Positions 61,981 to 64,000 of a stretch of DNA of 64,000 bases are shown here, piece after piece. Location: assembly GCA_963772365.1 (NCBI GenBank), contig CAVYXA010000002.1, forward strand, positions 1 through 64,000, written 5' to 3'. How positions within the stretch are numbered: position 1 is the first letter of the stretch; every line of letters begins with the position of its first letter. Below the pieces are notes generated by a model. That model worked only from the letters and a program-made list of their open reading frames with translations. It had not been told where the DNA came from and did not search any database. Position numbers and translations under genes: made by a program. Source of the stretch: an uncultured Verrucomicrobiae bacterium (GTDB lineage: Bacteria; Verrucomicrobiota; Verrucomicrobiia; Chthoniobacterales; UBA10450).

Positions 61981-63939
61981 TTACTTTTTCTTGTCTTCGT
62001 CCACGACTTCGAACTCGGCATCGACGACGTCGCCTTCGGGCTTCGATTCGCCCTGTTCGGCGCCGCCACGCGGTGGCGTCTGCGGGCCGGGTCCGGCTTG
62101 CGGCCCGGCCTGAGCACCCGCTTGAGCCGAGGCCTGTTTGTAAAGTTCGGCGCTGACTTCCTGAAACTTGTTCTGCAGTTCGTCGTAGGTCCGCTTCATT
62201 GCGTCGGTGTCGTTCTTGTTGATCGCTTCATGCACCGCGGCGATGGCGTCTTCGACCTGCTTTTTCTTGTCGCCGGAAATCTTGTCGCCCAACTCCTTGA
62301 GTTGTTTCTCGCTCTGGTAAGCGAGCATGTCGGCGTTGTTCTTGATCTCGATCGCTTCCTTCGCCTTTTTGTCCTCTTCGGCGTGCGATTCGGCTTCGCG
62401 CTGCATCTTCTCGATTTCTTCCTTAGACAGACCCGAGCTGCCGGTGATCGAAATTTTCTGTTCCTTACCGGTGCCGAGATCTTTCGCGGAGACGTGCAGA
62501 ATGCCATTGGCGTCGATGTCGAACGTCACTTCAATCTGCGGAACGCCGCGCGGCGCCGGCGGGATTCCATCGAGATGGAACGTGCCGAGGTTCTTGTTGT
62601 CGCGGGAGAGCGGACGCTCGCCTTGCAACACTTTGATTTCCACGCCCGGCTGATTGTCGCTGTAGGTCGAAAAGATTTGCGACTTCCGAGTCGGGATCGT
62701 GGTGTTGCGCGGAATCATTGGCGTTGCTACTCCCCCGGCGGTTTCAATCGCCAGCGTGAGCGGAGTCACGTCTAAGAGGAGGACGTCTTTGACGTCGCCC
62801 TTGAGTACGCCGCCTTGAATGGCCGCGCCGACCGCGACGACTTCGTCGGGATTTACTCCCTTATGCGGTTCTTTGCCGATTAACTGACGCGCAGTCTCGA
62901 TCACTTTCGGCATGCGGGTCATACCGCCAACGAGCACAAGCTCGTTCACGTCGCGCTCCGAAAGCTGCGCATCTTTCAAGCATGCTTTCACAGGCGGGAT
63001 TGTCCGCTGGAACAAATCGTCCGTGAGCTGCTCGAGTTTGGAGCGAGTCAGTTTTTTCTGAATGTGCTTCGGTCCGCTCGCATCGGCCGTGATGAACGGC
63101 AGATTGATCTCGTATTCCTGCGAGCTCGACAGCGCGATCTTCGCTTTCTCAGCTTCTTCCTTGATTCGCTGGACCGCGTCCGGCTGTTTGGTCAGATCGA
63201 TGCCGCTGTCTTTTTTGAACTCGGCAATGATCCAATCCATCACTTTCGCGTCCCAATCGTCACCACCGAGGTGCGTGTCGCCGTTGGTTGCCTTTACTTC
63301 GAAAACGCCGTCGCCGATTTCGAGAACGGAAATATCGAACGTGCCGCCGCCCAAATCGTAAACGGCAATTTTCTCGTCCTTCTTCTTATCGAGACCGTAT
63401 GCCAGCGAGGCCGCGGTCGGTTCGTTAATAATTCGCAGCACTTCCAGGCCGGCGATTTTGCCAGCGTCTTTGGTCGCGTTGCGTTGAGAGTCGTTGAAGT
63501 ATGCCGGAACCGTAATGACGGCCTGCGATATTTTCTCGCCTAGCTTTGCTTCCGCGTCGGCTTTCATTTTCGACAAAATCATCGCCGAAATTTCCGGCGG
63601 CGAGAAAGTCTTGCGCTGGCCGTTGACTTCGAGCTGCACATGGGCGTCGCCATTGGCTGCCTTCACGATTTTGTACGGGACTCGGTGCTCTTCCTCGTGG
63701 ATCTCGTCGAACTTGCGCCCCATGAACCGCTTGATTGAAAAAACTGTGTTCTGCGGATTCGTCACCGCCTGACGTTTCGCGGCCTGACCGACGAGCCGCT
63801 CGCCATTTTTGGTGAATGCCACGACTGAAGGCGTCGTGCGCGCGCCTTCGCTATTTTCCAAAACTACCGGGTCGCCACCCTCCATCACGGCCATGCAGGA
63901 GTTGGTGGTTCCCAAATCGATACCTAAAACCTTTGCCAT
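61981..63939 (-). CDS. dnaK: Chaperone DnaK
   Basis: [32 protein letters not shown]. Confidence 0.97.
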   Translation of the reverse strand: MAKVLGIDLGTTNSCMAVMEGGDPVVLENSEGARTTPSVVAFTKNGERLVGQAAKRQAVTNPQNTVFSIKRFMGRKFDEIHEEEHRVPYKIVKAANGDAHVQLEVNGQRKTFSPPEISAMILSKMKADAEAKLGEKISQAVITVPAYFNDSQRNATKDAGKIAGLEVLRIINEPTAASLAYGLDKKKDEKIAVYDLGGGTFDISVLEIGDGVFEVKATNGDTHLGGDDWDAKVMDWIIAEFKKDSGIDLTKQPDAVQRIKEEAEKAKIALSSSQEYEINLPFITADASGPKHIQKKLTRSKLEQLTDDLFQRTIPPVKACLKDAQLSERDVNELVLVGGMTRMPKVIETARQLIGKEPHKGVNPDEVVAVGAAIQGGVLKGDVKDVLLLDVTPLTLAIETAGGVATPMIPRNTTIPTRKSQIFSTYSDNQPGVEIKVLQGERPLSRDNKNLGTFHLDGIPPAPRGVPQIEVTFDIDANGILHVSAKDLGTGKEQKISITGSSGLSKEEIEKMQREAESHAEEDKKAKEAIEIKNNADMLAYQSEKQLKELGDKISGDKKKQVEDAIAAVHEAINKNDTDAMKRTYDELQNKFQEVSAELYKQASAQAGAQAGPQAGPGPQTPPRGGAEQGESKPEGDVVDAEFEVVDEDKKK

Positions 63940-64000
63940 ATATAATTAAGTCCTTTCTTCGGTCGATCCACCAACGGACAAATTTGCCGCGGCGAACGAG

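Overview
GC-rich bacterial chromosome segment. Gene content and repeat style suggest a soil Verrucomicrobiota (Chthoniobacterales/Udaeobacter-like) genome; this is inference only. The housekeeping backbone includes xerC, mcsA-mcsB-clpC, ilvE, trmL, tal, rtcB, sufS-sufU, mqnD, asnB, ruvA, tRNA-Ser(UGA), egtB-egtD plus an ABC transporter, tatA, ku, and dnaK-groES-groEL. Three accessory regions interrupt it. (1) A decayed integron at 13.6-17.2 kb has a truncated intI, attI, two attC sites and a complete IS3. (2) An integrase-less cassette array at 45.1-48.9 kb has the same attI core and four to five attC sites; one attC is interrupted by an IS1111/IS110 remnant whose downstream non-coding region carries an attC-matching motif (candidate bridge/seek RNA). 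(3) A ~3.8 kb island bounded by a 20-bp duplication of the groEL 3' end carries two candidate defence gene pairs: a 4TM protein plus a cytoplasmic trypsin-like protease, and a DUF5343-like protein plus a Swt1-like HEPN nuclease. The window is also full of REP/MITE-like palindromes and heptamer arrays, many of them inserted in frame in proteins. Seven single-base frameshifts, including one in groEL, probably reflect sequencing or assembly indel error.
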